From NCBI GenBank assembly GCA_022842645.1, contig JALHPE010000001.1, forward strand, positions 264,178-328,177: a stretch of 64,000 bases of DNA. Direction: 5' to 3'. Source of the stretch: Minisyncoccota bacterium. Its GTDB lineage: Bacteria; Patescibacteriota; Minisyncoccia; Phycocordibacterales; UBA2100. Shown here piece after piece: positions 26,667-35,156 of this stretch. Made by a program: the position numbers and the translations under genes. The first letter of the stretch is position 1. Each line of letters opens with the position of its first letter. Under the pieces are notes generated by a model. It saw only the letters and a program-made list of their open reading frames with translations. It searched no databases and was not told where the DNA came from.

Positions 26667-26687
26667 CTACAAACTACAGTCTACAGA
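26667..26687 (+). repeat. three CTACAxx heptamers in opposite orientation in the pseudopilin-pilin intergenic region (inverted relative to the leader repeats)
   Basis: Plus strand CTACAAA-CTACAGT-CTACAGA at 26667-26687. Forms an imperfect inverted repeat with 26603-26630 flanking the ATG at 26638-26640. Confidence 0.6.
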
Positions 26688-28438
26688 CTGTTGAGTATGA
26701 TTGATAACCTCGATGTTCCCGACACATTCACTTCAGTCGAATTAAATGTTTGATAGCCGCTTGCCGATGCTTCAATAGTGTATGCGTTTCCTCCACCAAC
26801 ACTTCCCGCACTGAGACTGCTCCAAAAAGCGTTGCCGCAGGTGTCGCTCGTACGCGTCACATCAAAGCCGCCGCGCGTAAGGCGCACCGATGCGTTCGGT
26901 ATTACTACCCCCGCACTTGTCTTCACATCAACAAGAAGAGAATTCGTCGTCTGCGGAGAAAGAATGATTCGCGTTGTCTGCGCCGAGTTCGGCGTGAGTG
27001 TTTCCGGCTGCGGTGCACATGCTGAAGAAATATCATATCCACTGGTGTCGGGCACGATCACCGTGTACGCGTCCCACTCAAGATTCTGAATGAGGAGAGA
27101 TCCGGATGCGCCACTCGAATGAGTCGAATCATACTTATAGATGAGCGCCCCGCCAGCGGTGGTGCCGATTGTTTTTGCACCGCGCAGTGTAAACGAAACA
27201 TTCGGAAGCGGATGCGGGCCAGAATCATACGAGAGTCTCCAAGCGTCCACTGACGGCGTCGTCGATGCATTCCCTGTTGTGAGACGCCCGCGCACGACGA
27301 GTCCGGGATAGGTTGACGTTGAAACACCACTCACATTAATCGGTGACATGGTGAACCCGCCACTGTTTCCCGGGAGCTGCGAATCAGAAACGAGCGTTGT
27401 GCCAGAGCTGTCATACAGTTGTATATAGAGAGCGGTGCCACTCGGCGTATTTGCATCCCACGAAAGTGTTTTCCACGCGACAAGCGTCGAGGTTGAAACG
27501 ACGTTTGAAAAGAATGTACCTTCAAAGGGGTATTCGCCCGCCGTCTCGGTGAGCGCCACAATGCCTCCTGCAATCGTGACGTTTGATGTCGATGCAGTTC
27601 CTGCACCACCTGAAAATGTTTCCGTTGTCGTTGCGGTTGTGACCGGCGTGTATGTTTCAATGCGCTTTTCTGAAACGCGATCAATCGCAAAGGTTCCCGC
27701 AGTCGTGGTATCGAGCGCGACGGCAAGATGCGCAGGGATAGGATTCGTATTCGTTGCGTTTGCGGCATAGGTACGCGCAGTGGAGTAACCAGTTTTCGTA
27801 ACAGTAATCTGATAGCCGGCTCCTGGAGGCACACCTAAAATAGTTGCCTTGCCGTTTTCGTCAGTGAAACGCGTGAGATCAATCGTGGGAACGAGCGTGG
27901 TATTCACGACTTCCACCTCTGCGTTTGAAACAGGAAGAAGTGCGGCGTCCACCACTTCAATTGCAAGAACACCGCCCGGCACCGAGGCTTCAATTCCCGG
28001 AGGAGAAACGCGTGTGAGGAGTTCAATAGTGTGCACACCATCGCGCCCATTCCACGAAACTTGCGACTTCACCGCTTTGTAATCCGTTTCAATGCCATTT
28101 TCATCTGCACCACCAAGTCCATCCGCCGGATCATCTTCGTAGGAAATAAAAGTTCGGCGCGTGTAGGGCACATCATTGAGTTCGATACTTTCAACTTGTG
28201 CGAGCGCACCCGCAGGAATGCCACCAGCAGTCCCGACCGCGTTATAAGAAAGTGAACGAATGAATTCGAGTCGCTCGTTTGCAAGTGCAATCGCTCCCGC
28301 CCGCGCCTTGTTATTCCCCACCGCCATCACAGTCAAACGAAATGCGCCGGCAATACCGACAAACACCACAAGCATGAGCGCAGTGCCCACCACCGCATCA
28401 AGTAGCGTCGAACCTCGTTCCCCGCGAGGAAACCACAT
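26681..28438 (-). CDS. large pseudopilin-like protein (about 586 aa)
   Basis: Short leader MWFPRGERG then STLLDAVVGTALMLVVFVGIAG hydrophobic helix. Start placed at Met19, which leaves the 28455-28482 terminator hairpin outside the gene. TACAAT 8 nt upstream of this ATG. Confidence 0.65.
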   Translation of the reverse strand: MWFPRGERGSTLLDAVVGTALMLVVFVGIAGAFRLTVMAVGNNKARAGAIALANERLEFIRSLSYNAVGTAGGIPAGALAQVESIELNDVPYTRRTFISYEDDPADGLGGADENGIETDYKAVKSQVSWNGRDGVHTIELLTRVSPPGIEASVPGGVLAIEVVDAALLPVSNAEVEVVNTTLVPTIDLTRFTDENGKATILGVPPGAGYQITVTKTGYSTARTYAANATNTNPIPAHLAVALDTTTAGTFAIDRVSEKRIETYTPVTTATTTETFSGGAGTASTSNVTIAGGIVALTETAGEYPFEGTFFSNVVSTSTLVAWKTLSWDANTPSGTALYIQLYDSSGTTLVSDSQLPGNSGGFTMSPINVSGVSTSTYPGLVVRGRLTTGNASTTPSVDAWRLSYDSGPHPLPNVSFTLRGAKTIGTTAGGALIYKYDSTHSSGASGSLLIQNLEWDAYTVIVPDTSGYDISSACAPQPETLTPNSAQTTRIILSPQTTNSLLVDVKTSAGVVIPNASVRLTRGGFDVTRTSDTCGNAFWSSLSAGSVGGGNAYTIEASASGYQTFNSTEVNVSGTSRLSIILNSL

Positions 28439-28454
28439 ATAACTATTGTAGCGT

Positions 28455-28482
28455 GAAAAAGCGACCGAGTTTCCCCGGTCGC
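28455..28482 (-). terminator. rho-independent terminator (minus strand)
   Basis: GCGACCG-GGGAAACT-CGGTCGC hairpin followed by TTTTTC in minus sense. Confidence 0.55.
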
Positions 28483-28500
28483 TTGCTTGCACCCTACCAC

Positions 28501-28866
28501 TTACATCTGCACATCCCGCGCTTCAGTGAGCAGTTTGATGATGTCGCCTTTGGAAACCCAGGAGCGGTCATTGTAGTCGCCCGCATTTTCACATTGGCCT
28601 CGTGTCTTCTTTCGCACTAACGCATCTAGCTCAAGGTCACACGATTCCACTACATCAAAAGGCGCGCGGATGCTCCCGCCACCGCCATAGACAGCGCCCA
28701 GGGCGCAACAACACACAACATGAGAACGATTGTTGTACAGATCATCCCTGTCTAACAGCCATCCTGTTGCATCTCGTCCGTAACTTTCTTTCAAAAGCTT
28801 ACGCTGTTGAAGATACTGAATAGCAGCATCAAAGATGCGCCATTTCGTCGAACGTTTTTTTGTCAT
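28501..28866 (-). CDS. hypothetical protein (121 aa)
   Basis: ORF with CCCALGAVYGGGGS segment. No domain recognised. Confidence 0.45.
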   Translation of the reverse strand: MTKKRSTKWRIFDAAIQYLQQRKLLKESYGRDATGWLLDRDDLYNNRSHVVCCCALGAVYGGGGSIRAPFDVVESCDLELDALVRKKTRGQCENAGDYNDRSWVSKGDIIKLLTEARDVQM

Positions 28867-29078
28867 TCTGTCCTCCTGTGGCAGATGATTGTAGGCTCAT
28901 TTCCGCTCACACCCTACCCCAAGACTTCTACTTTTCCAACCCCACCAACCTAAGCGAGACGAGTTGTGAAAATGTACTTTTGACGGGGCCCCGCAGGCGA
29001 CGGCCGAGGATTTTGAGGTATTTTTCCAGCAGGAAAAATCCGTGCCCGTCAAAAGTACATTTTCACAACTCGCGAGCC

Positions 29079-30296
29079 CTAAATATTCTCCGAAAGCTGA
29101 TAGATCGGCGAGATCATCGCAACTGCGAAGAAGCCCACAGCGCCGCCAATTGCGATCATGAGAAACGGCTCAATCACCGTCGACATATCTTTCGTCTTTC
29201 GGTCCACCTCATCTTCGTAAAAGATAGCGAGTTTTTTCATCATGTCGGTAAGCTGCCCTGTTTCTTCTCCCACCGCCATCATCTCCCCCACAAACGCCGG
29301 ATAGAGGTGTTCGTTCCGCACAAAGGCAGCAGAGAGTGGCTCGCCCTTCCCCACATTCTCACGCGCCTCCACGACCACTGCCTTGAAATAACTGTTCTGC
29401 ACCACATCCGTCACAATCTCAAGCGAAGTAATCACATCCACGCCGGAAGAAAGGAGTGACGAGAGTGTGCGCGAAGCACGCGCCGCGTTCACTTCTTTCA
29501 CAATAGGACTAATAAGCGGGATGTGGAGGAATATAAAATCACGCACCCGAGACCCCGTCGCCGTTTTCACAAACGCAAAGATGCCACCAAAGAAAAGTAC
29601 AACCGCCGAAAATGCGACCACCGTGTAAGAGACTAGAAAATTAGAAACCGCGATGATTGCTTTTGTGGAAGCGGGAAGCTCCGCATCCATTTCCGCAAAG
29701 GTCTGTGCCAGGGTTGGCACCACGTTGATCATCATGAAAGCACCAATACCAATGATCGCAAACACTATAATGGCGGGATACAGGAGCGCGCCGCGAATCT
29801 TCTTCTTCAAAACATACATGCGCTCCATTTGTTCTGAAACAACCACAAGTGACTGCGAGAGCTGCCCGCCTTCCTCACCCGCACGAGTCATCGCGATAAA
29901 CAGTTTTGAAAAGATGCGCGGAAACTTCGCGAGTGCGGAGTGAAGCGTCTCGCCGCGGCGCACTGCGCCTGAAAGTTCGGTCACCACTTCAGCAAGGCGC
30001 GCATTCTTTGTCTGTCGCTCAATCACCGCAAGCGCACGCGCAAGCGAGAGCCCCGCAGAAAGCATCGCACCAAGGTTTCGCGCAAAGAGCACTTTGTCAT
30101 ACTCCGGGACGCTTGAAATCTTTGCATTCCAGTGCGCGAGTGAAAACCAAGACTTCGCCCCATCTTCCTCAACCGAAAGAATGCGACCACCCTCGTGGCG
30201 AACAATTTCATAAAGCGCAAAACGATCTTTCGCATCTGCGGTTCCCTTGTACACTTCCCCTCCCGCTTTCTCAGCAGTGTAAGTAAATTTCGCCAC
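29079..30296 (-). CDS. pilC: type IV pilus assembly / type II secretion platform protein PilC/GspF
   Basis: Two GspF repeats, about 406 aa from a GTG start (VAKFTYTAEKAGGEVYKG). The 132-aa upstream extension in the track is not PilC-like and overlaps a terminator and the 108-aa gene. TATAAT hexamer 6 nt upstream of the GTG. Confidence 0.85.
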   Translation of the reverse strand: MAKFTYTAEKAGGEVYKGTADAKDRFALYEIVRHEGGRILSVEEDGAKSWFSLAHWNAKISSVPEYDKVLFARNLGAMLSAGLSLARALAVIERQTKNARLAEVVTELSGAVRRGETLHSALAKFPRIFSKLFIAMTRAGEEGGQLSQSLVVVSEQMERMYVLKKKIRGALLYPAIIVFAIIGIGAFMMINVVPTLAQTFAEMDAELPASTKAIIAVSNFLVSYTVVAFSAVVLFFGGIFAFVKTATGSRVRDFIFLHIPLISPIVKEVNAARASRTLSSLLSSGVDVITSLEIVTDVVQNSYFKAVVVEARENVGKGEPLSAAFVRNEHLYPAFVGEMMAVGEETGQLTDMMKKLAIFYEDEVDRKTKDMSTVIEPFLMIAIGGAVGFFAVAMISPIYQLSENI

Positions 30297-30323
30297 ACAG
30301 TCATTATACCGTGCAAAAACATG

Positions 30324-30353
30324 CAAAAAAAAGAAGCGGGGGGTTCCCGCTTC
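30324..30353 (-). terminator. strong rho-independent terminator (minus strand)
   Basis: GAAGCGGG-AACCC-CCGCTTC followed by TTTTTTTTTGC in minus sense, directly after the 108-aa ORF stop. Confidence 0.75.
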
Positions 30354-30678
30354 AGTCACCTTCTTTAGATGATCTATTTCTAGCACTCTCGAGAGCTTCG
30401 AAGTGACCATCCACATGCACCCGAAACTCTTCCCATTGATTCCGTGACAGTTCGAGTGCCGCGGAAAAAACTCCCGTAGAGCACTCGACAAAAAGTGTTC
30501 GGACAAAATCTTCAGCTTTTGTATTTCCACCAAAACCACCAATAAAGAACTCGATATGTTTCTTGGTAAGCCGCAGATCGTGAAGAAGCGGCGGTCGATT
30601 ATGCACTTCGCGCCAAAACGAATCGAGTGTTTTCTCTTCGCGTAGCTTTTGTAGGTCGACAATGTTGTCTGTAGCCAT
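30352..30678 (-). CDS. hypothetical acidic protein (108 aa) between pilB and pilC
   Basis: Clean ORF in a different frame from the spurious PilC extension. Followed by a strong terminator. Confidence 0.5.
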   Translation of the reverse strand: MATDNIVDLQKLREEKTLDSFWREVHNRPPLLHDLRLTKKHIEFFIGGFGGNTKAEDFVRTLFVECSTGVFSAALELSRNQWEEFRVHVDGHFEALESARNRSSKEGD

Positions 30679-30737
30679 GTCTCACACCTCAAGGACGTTG
30701 CTGTTTTGAATATATCATCGGAGTCGTATCAAGCAAC

Positions 30738-32471
30738 CTATTCGGTAATCACCCTCAAAACCTCCTCTATTGTAGTAACCCCTTGCGATGCCTTAAAAAT
30801 TCCATCCTCAAGCATCGTAAGCATCCCCTCCTTTCGTGCCTGGTCGTGAATATCATCCGCCGTTGCATTCTTCATAACGAGCTCTTTTGTGGTCGCGCTC
30901 ACGGGAAGCACTTCGTAAATCCCCATACGCCCCGCAAAACCGTCACCCCCGCCATCAGTTTTCGGCTTCCAAAACGGCACGTTTTTCCACGTGGCATCCG
31001 GGGGAATAATTTTTTCCTCTTTCAGCGACTTAAGTACTATTCCCGCTTCAACTACGTGCTCAAGTTGTTTCTGTTCGTCGCGCGAGAGTTCATACTTCTC
31101 TTTCCCACCCGCAAGCTTACGCACGAGGCGTTGCCCGATCACCACCCGCAGCGTTGAAACCAAGAGAAACGGCTCAACACCCATGTCAAGAAGACGCGGA
31201 ATCGCACCCGCTGCGGAGTTTGTGTGAAGCGTTGAGAGCACTAAGTGCCCCGTAAGAGCCGCATTAATCGCAAGTGAGGCCGTTTCTTTATCACGAATCT
31301 CCCCCACCATGATGATGTCGGGATCCTGACGCACGAGTGAGCGAAGTCCATTTGCAAACGTGAATCCAATCTCTGGGCGCACCTGCGTCTGATTCACCCG
31401 CTTCATCTGATACTCAATCGGATCCTCAACGGTCGAAATATTTACGTCGGGCGTGTTCACCAGATCAAGGAGCGTGTAGAGCGTCGTTGATTTACCGGCG
31501 CCCGTCGGCCCCGTGGTGAGAATGAGTCCTGTCGTTTTCTTCATCGCCTCATGCATGTCTTCCAATGCTTTACCATGAAAACCAAGTGCCTCAAGCGAAA
31601 ATCCTGAGATGTTATCGCGGAGGAGTCGCATGACAATCTTCTCTCCATAGTAGGTAGGCAAAATGGAAACACGAAACGAAATTTTCTCGCCCCCTGCTTC
31701 AACACCAAAACGACCATCCTGGGGAAGACGCTTTTCATCAAGGCGCATGTTCGCCAACACTTTCACACGCGCGGTAATCGCAGGAGCCGCATGCTTAGGG
31801 AGCTCCATCGCGTCATGAAGGAGCCCATCGATGCGATACCGAATAAGAAGCGTCTCTTCTAGAGGCTCGATATGAATGTCTGAGGCGCCCTGCGCATTTG
31901 CGTGACGCAGAAGCGTGTCCACAATACGCACTGCGGGCACCCCTTCAGCCATCTTGCGCTCGTCATCCCCCGCGCCAGCACCCTCAGCGGCCAAGACATC
32001 CGTCTCGCGCTTGATGACATCTCCTAAATTATCTTTAAGCCCGCGCTGGTACTGCTTCAGCGCCGCTTTAATAGACGGAGCATCGGTGAGGCGCGGCAAG
32101 ACCTTCAGGCGCGTCTTCTTCTTAATGAAATCAATCGCTGCCAAGTCATCGGTATCGAGCATCGCCACTTCAAGCTCCTCGCCTTTGTGATTGTAGGCAA
32201 CGATGTTATTTCTGCGCGCGACAGGCTCAGGAATAAGAGAAAGCGTGTCAAAAGGAATCTTCTGTGTGGCAAGGGAAATAAAAGGAATGCCGAGAATGTA
32301 GGCATAGGTGCGACGAAGTTCGTCTTCGCCAATCAGTGCACGCCCAATTAAGATGTCGCCCACCGGCTGATTGCGCTCCTTAGCCTCCTGATCCGCTGCG
32401 TCAAAATCTTTCTGCGAAACCAAATTCGCATCAGAAAGAAATGTTTTTAGTTGCTGGTCAGAAATGTACAT
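30738..32471 (-). CDS. pilB: type IV pilus assembly ATPase PilB / GspE
   Basis: Walker A GPTGAGKST, Asp box, His box, GspE N-terminal domain. Start placed at MYISDQQLK. Confidence 0.9.
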   Translation of the reverse strand: MYISDQQLKTFLSDANLVSQKDFDAADQEAKERNQPVGDILIGRALIGEDELRRTYAYILGIPFISLATQKIPFDTLSLIPEPVARRNNIVAYNHKGEELEVAMLDTDDLAAIDFIKKKTRLKVLPRLTDAPSIKAALKQYQRGLKDNLGDVIKRETDVLAAEGAGAGDDERKMAEGVPAVRIVDTLLRHANAQGASDIHIEPLEETLLIRYRIDGLLHDAMELPKHAAPAITARVKVLANMRLDEKRLPQDGRFGVEAGGEKISFRVSILPTYYGEKIVMRLLRDNISGFSLEALGFHGKALEDMHEAMKKTTGLILTTGPTGAGKSTTLYTLLDLVNTPDVNISTVEDPIEYQMKRVNQTQVRPEIGFTFANGLRSLVRQDPDIIMVGEIRDKETASLAINAALTGHLVLSTLHTNSAAGAIPRLLDMGVEPFLLVSTLRVVIGQRLVRKLAGGKEKYELSRDEQKQLEHVVEAGIVLKSLKEEKIIPPDATWKNVPFWKPKTDGGGDGFAGRMGIYEVLPVSATTKELVMKNATADDIHDQARKEGMLTMLEDGIFKASQGVTTIEEVLRVITE

Positions 32472-32574
32472 ACGGTTTCCCTGCCGTGGATGCGTGCAGT
32501 ATAGCAAGAAAGCCCAGGACACTGCCCGGGCTTTCTGTACATTATTACCGTATCGGTCGTGCGCATCCTATCGG

Positions 32575-32736
32575 ATGCTCGTCGAGAAGTTTGCTGAGTC
32601 CTTCGTAATAGCAGTGTGCGCACACTTCGACGTCATCAACGCGATGATGTTCCCCATCGACACGAGGACCAAGTGGCGCACCACATGTACAGGTACGCGA
32701 TTCTGCGTCCACGCGAGACTCCTTTCACATACTTGA
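32575..32736 (+). CDS. possible small Cys/His-rich protein (53 aa)
   Basis: ORF MLVEKFAESFVIAVCAHFDV...CTGTRFCVHARL followed by terminator hairpin GTCCGGC-CGAAA-GCCGGAC plus TTTTTA at about 32792-32817. Weak call. Confidence 0.25.
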   Translation: MLVEKFAESFVIAVCAHFDVINAMMFPIDTRTKWRTTCTGTRFCVHARLLSHT

Positions 32737-32823
32737 CACAACGCCCCCCGCGAATATACTACCTCTATAGCTGAATACAGCAATGTAGTCAGTCCGGCCG
32801 AAAGCCGGACGTTTTTAATAAAT

Positions 32824-32861
32824 TACTAACACCTAAAACTTAGCCCCTAACACCTAATCCT
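32824..32861 (+). promoter_or_regulatory. conserved G-poor leader motif ACTAACACCTAAAACTTAGCCCCTAACACCTAATCCT before nusA ATG
   Basis: Shares CCTAAAAC and TAGCCCCTAACACCTA blocks with the rpsG and ppa upstream regions. No SD. Confidence 0.5.
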
Positions 32862-34100
32862 ATGGCTCTCTTCGACCTCAAAGTATTGAATAGCGCGCTC
32901 GACGAACTGCAGGCAGAAAAAGGCATCTCCCGCGACTCCGTCGTGGAAGCGATCGCAACCGCACTCGCCGCGGCCTATCGCCGTGAATACGGTAAGCGCG
33001 GGCAAATCATTCGCGCCACCTTCAACCCTGAAACGGGCGATCTTGAATTCCGTCAGGCAAAAATTGTTGTGGATGACACTCTTGTACGCAAAGAAGACGA
33101 AGAGCCAATTTCCGAGGAAGACCACCGATCCCGCTTTAACCCCGAGCAGCACATCATGCTCGAAGACGCCCGCCGCATAAAGAAAGACGCCGAACTCGAC
33201 GAAGAGATCTCGTTCCCGCTTGAAACCCAAGAAGAATTCGGCCGTATCGCCGCACAAGCCGCAAAGCAAGTGGTCATGCAGAAAATCCGCGAGGCAGAAC
33301 GTTCTTCTATCATCTCCGAATATGGCGAACGCGAAGGAGAGATTGTCACCGGCCACGTGCAGCGCTTTGAACGCGGCAATCTCTTCATTGACCTCGGCCG
33401 CGCAACCGCCATCCTTCCTTATGACGAACAGATTCCCGGCGAGAGATACCGCCAAGGCGAGCGTGTGCGCGCACTCCTCTTGCGAGTAGACGAGGGCGTC
33501 CGCGGCACCTTCATCCGCCTCTCCCGCTCCCACCCACGCTTCCTGACCAAGCTTTTTGAAGCTGAAGTGCCAGAAATGGCGCAAGGCATCGTTGAGGTGA
33601 AGGGTGTCGTCCGCGAGCCAGGCAGCCGCGCAAAGATTGCCGTATTCTCAAACGATGATCACATCGATCCTGTTGGATCTCTCGTCGGTCAGCGCGGCGT
33701 ACGTGTCGCCGTTGTCACGTCTGAACTCGGCGGTGAAAAAATCGATGTCGTCGAATGGTCGCAAAACACGGGAGATTTCGTGAAAGAAGCACTCAAGCCT
33801 GCGCAAGTTCTCGGCATTGAACTCACCGAAGAAGAAAACCGCGCGGTCGTTACTGTCACCGAAGATCAGCAATCACTCGCAATTGGTCGTGGTGGTCAAA
33901 ACGTCCGCCTCGCCGCCCGCCTCACTGGCTGGAAAATCGACATCCGCTCTATGGGCGGCGATCAGGTTGGTGGCGAAGAAGTGAAAGAGGAGAAAAAGGA
34001 AGTAGGACCTGAAGAGGTCGCCGAAGTTTCTGAGGAAGTTGTTGAAGAATCTCCTGCGGAGACATCTGCCGATGAATCTACACCTAAAGAAACCGCATAA
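32862..34100 (+). CDS. nusA: transcription termination/antitermination factor NusA
   Basis: N-terminal domain, S1 and two KH domains (GQRGVRV, IGRGGQNVRLA). Acidic C-terminal tail. Confidence 0.9.
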   Translation: MALFDLKVLNSALDELQAEKGISRDSVVEAIATALAAAYRREYGKRGQIIRATFNPETGDLEFRQAKIVVDDTLVRKEDEEPISEEDHRSRFNPEQHIMLEDARRIKKDAELDEEISFPLETQEEFGRIAAQAAKQVVMQKIREAERSSIISEYGEREGEIVTGHVQRFERGNLFIDLGRATAILPYDEQIPGERYRQGERVRALLLRVDEGVRGTFIRLSRSHPRFLTKLFEAEVPEMAQGIVEVKGVVREPGSRAKIAVFSNDDHIDPVGSLVGQRGVRVAVVTSELGGEKIDVVEWSQNTGDFVKEALKPAQVLGIELTEEENRAVVTVTEDQQSLAIGRGGQNVRLAARLTGWKIDIRSMGGDQVGGEEVKEEKKEVGPEEVAEVSEEVVEESPAETSADESTPKETA

Positions 34101-34141
34101 ATAATATCGGACGTGGCTGCGGTTCATGTATACTACGCATA

Positions 34142-34432
34142 ATGCGGGAATTTTTCCGTCGTCTTAGTAACAAACTGGATTCGGGCCTCGCAAATGCTCA
34201 GGAGGAAAAGCGTGTAGCTTTGGAGCAAAATCGCCAAGCTCAAATTGAGTTAGCAAACACAATAGAAGAAACTAACGAAAAGATAAGGCGTTATGAGGAG
34301 GACTTGCCCTCGATAATCGCCGAGGATGATCGTAGATTCAAAGAAGAACTAGCGGCTGAGAAGGCAGCGCGCGAGGCACGAAAAACACAGAGAGAGAAAC
34401 TACTCGATGAGGCGAAGAAAGGGAGAGAGTAG
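34142..34432 (+). CDS. hypothetical coiled-coil protein (96 aa)
   Basis: Highly charged heptad-like sequence. ORF only. Confidence 0.4.
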   Translation: MREFFRRLSNKLDSGLANAQEEKRVALEQNRQAQIELANTIEETNEKIRRYEEDLPSIIAEDDRRFKEELAAEKAAREARKTQREKLLDEAKKGRE

Positions 34433-34484
34433 GTCGTGCAGATACATATTTGGACACACATAAAACAGTACGCTACACTCCCCG

Positions 34485-34519
34485 CATTACCTAACACCTA
34501 GCCCCTAAAACCTCATTGT
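34485..34519 (+). promoter_or_regulatory. conserved G-poor leader motif CATTACCTAACACCTAGCCCCTAAAACCTCATTGT before ppa ATG
   Basis: Third copy of the CCTAACACC / TAGCCCCTAAAACC motif family. Confidence 0.5.
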
Positions 34520-35056
34520 ATGAACCTTTGGCACGACATTCCTCTCGGCGAAGACGCACCGAATGAAATTAACGTCATTGTTGAAGTGCCGAAAGGCTCT
34601 CCCAATAAATACGAAATAGACAAAGAGACCGGCATTATCAAGCTCGACCGCGCAAATTACTCTGCCGCCGCGTTTCCGTGCGATTACGGCTTTGCACCCC
34701 AAACGCTCTGGGAAGACGGGGATGCCCTAGACGTGGTCATCCTTGCCACATTCCCTATCCCGAGCGGGATACTCGTTAAAGTCCGTCCGGTTGCCGTTAT
34801 GGAAATGATTGATACGGGCGAGAGCGATTACAAGATCATCGCCGTTCCCGTTGACGACAAGCGCTGGGAAGACGTGCAAGACCTCGCCGACGTCAACAAA
34901 CATACACTCAAAGAAATTCAACACTTCTTCGAGACGTACAAAGCTCTAAAAGGAAAGCCGGCGGTAGTCGAAGTAAAAGGATTTAAGGGCAAATCCGAAG
35001 CAATTCCCGCGATTACAAAATCTGTCGAACTCTACAAAGCAAAATTTAGTAAGTAG
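34520..35056 (+). CDS. ppa: inorganic pyrophosphatase (family I)
   Basis: Full-length family I PPase similarity (EVPKGSPNKYEIDKETG, DGDALDVV). Confidence 0.95.
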   Translation: MNLWHDIPLGEDAPNEINVIVEVPKGSPNKYEIDKETGIIKLDRANYSAAAFPCDYGFAPQTLWEDGDALDVVILATFPIPSGILVKVRPVAVMEMIDTGESDYKIIAVPVDDKRWEDVQDLADVNKHTLKEIQHFFETYKALKGKPAVVEVKGFKGKSEAIPAITKSVELYKAKFSK

Positions 35057-35156
35057 TCGAAATTCGTATCTCTAAAGTTATCAACACGAGCGCCGTCCTA
35101 AAGGACGGCGCTCGGCGGTATGCTGAGTGTATCTACTCATTATCTATTCTAATACC

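Noticed and set aside
25964-26687. CRISPR array
   Set aside because: Repeat units are 7 nt in perfect tandem with no spacers, and no cas genes are present. These are simple-sequence repeats.
30297-30692. 132-aa N-terminal extension of the pilC ORF
   Set aside because: The extension is Cys/Trp-rich with no PilC similarity and overlaps a strong terminator and a cleaner 108-aa ORF in another frame. PilC length from the GTG at 30296 (about 406 aa) matches the family norm.
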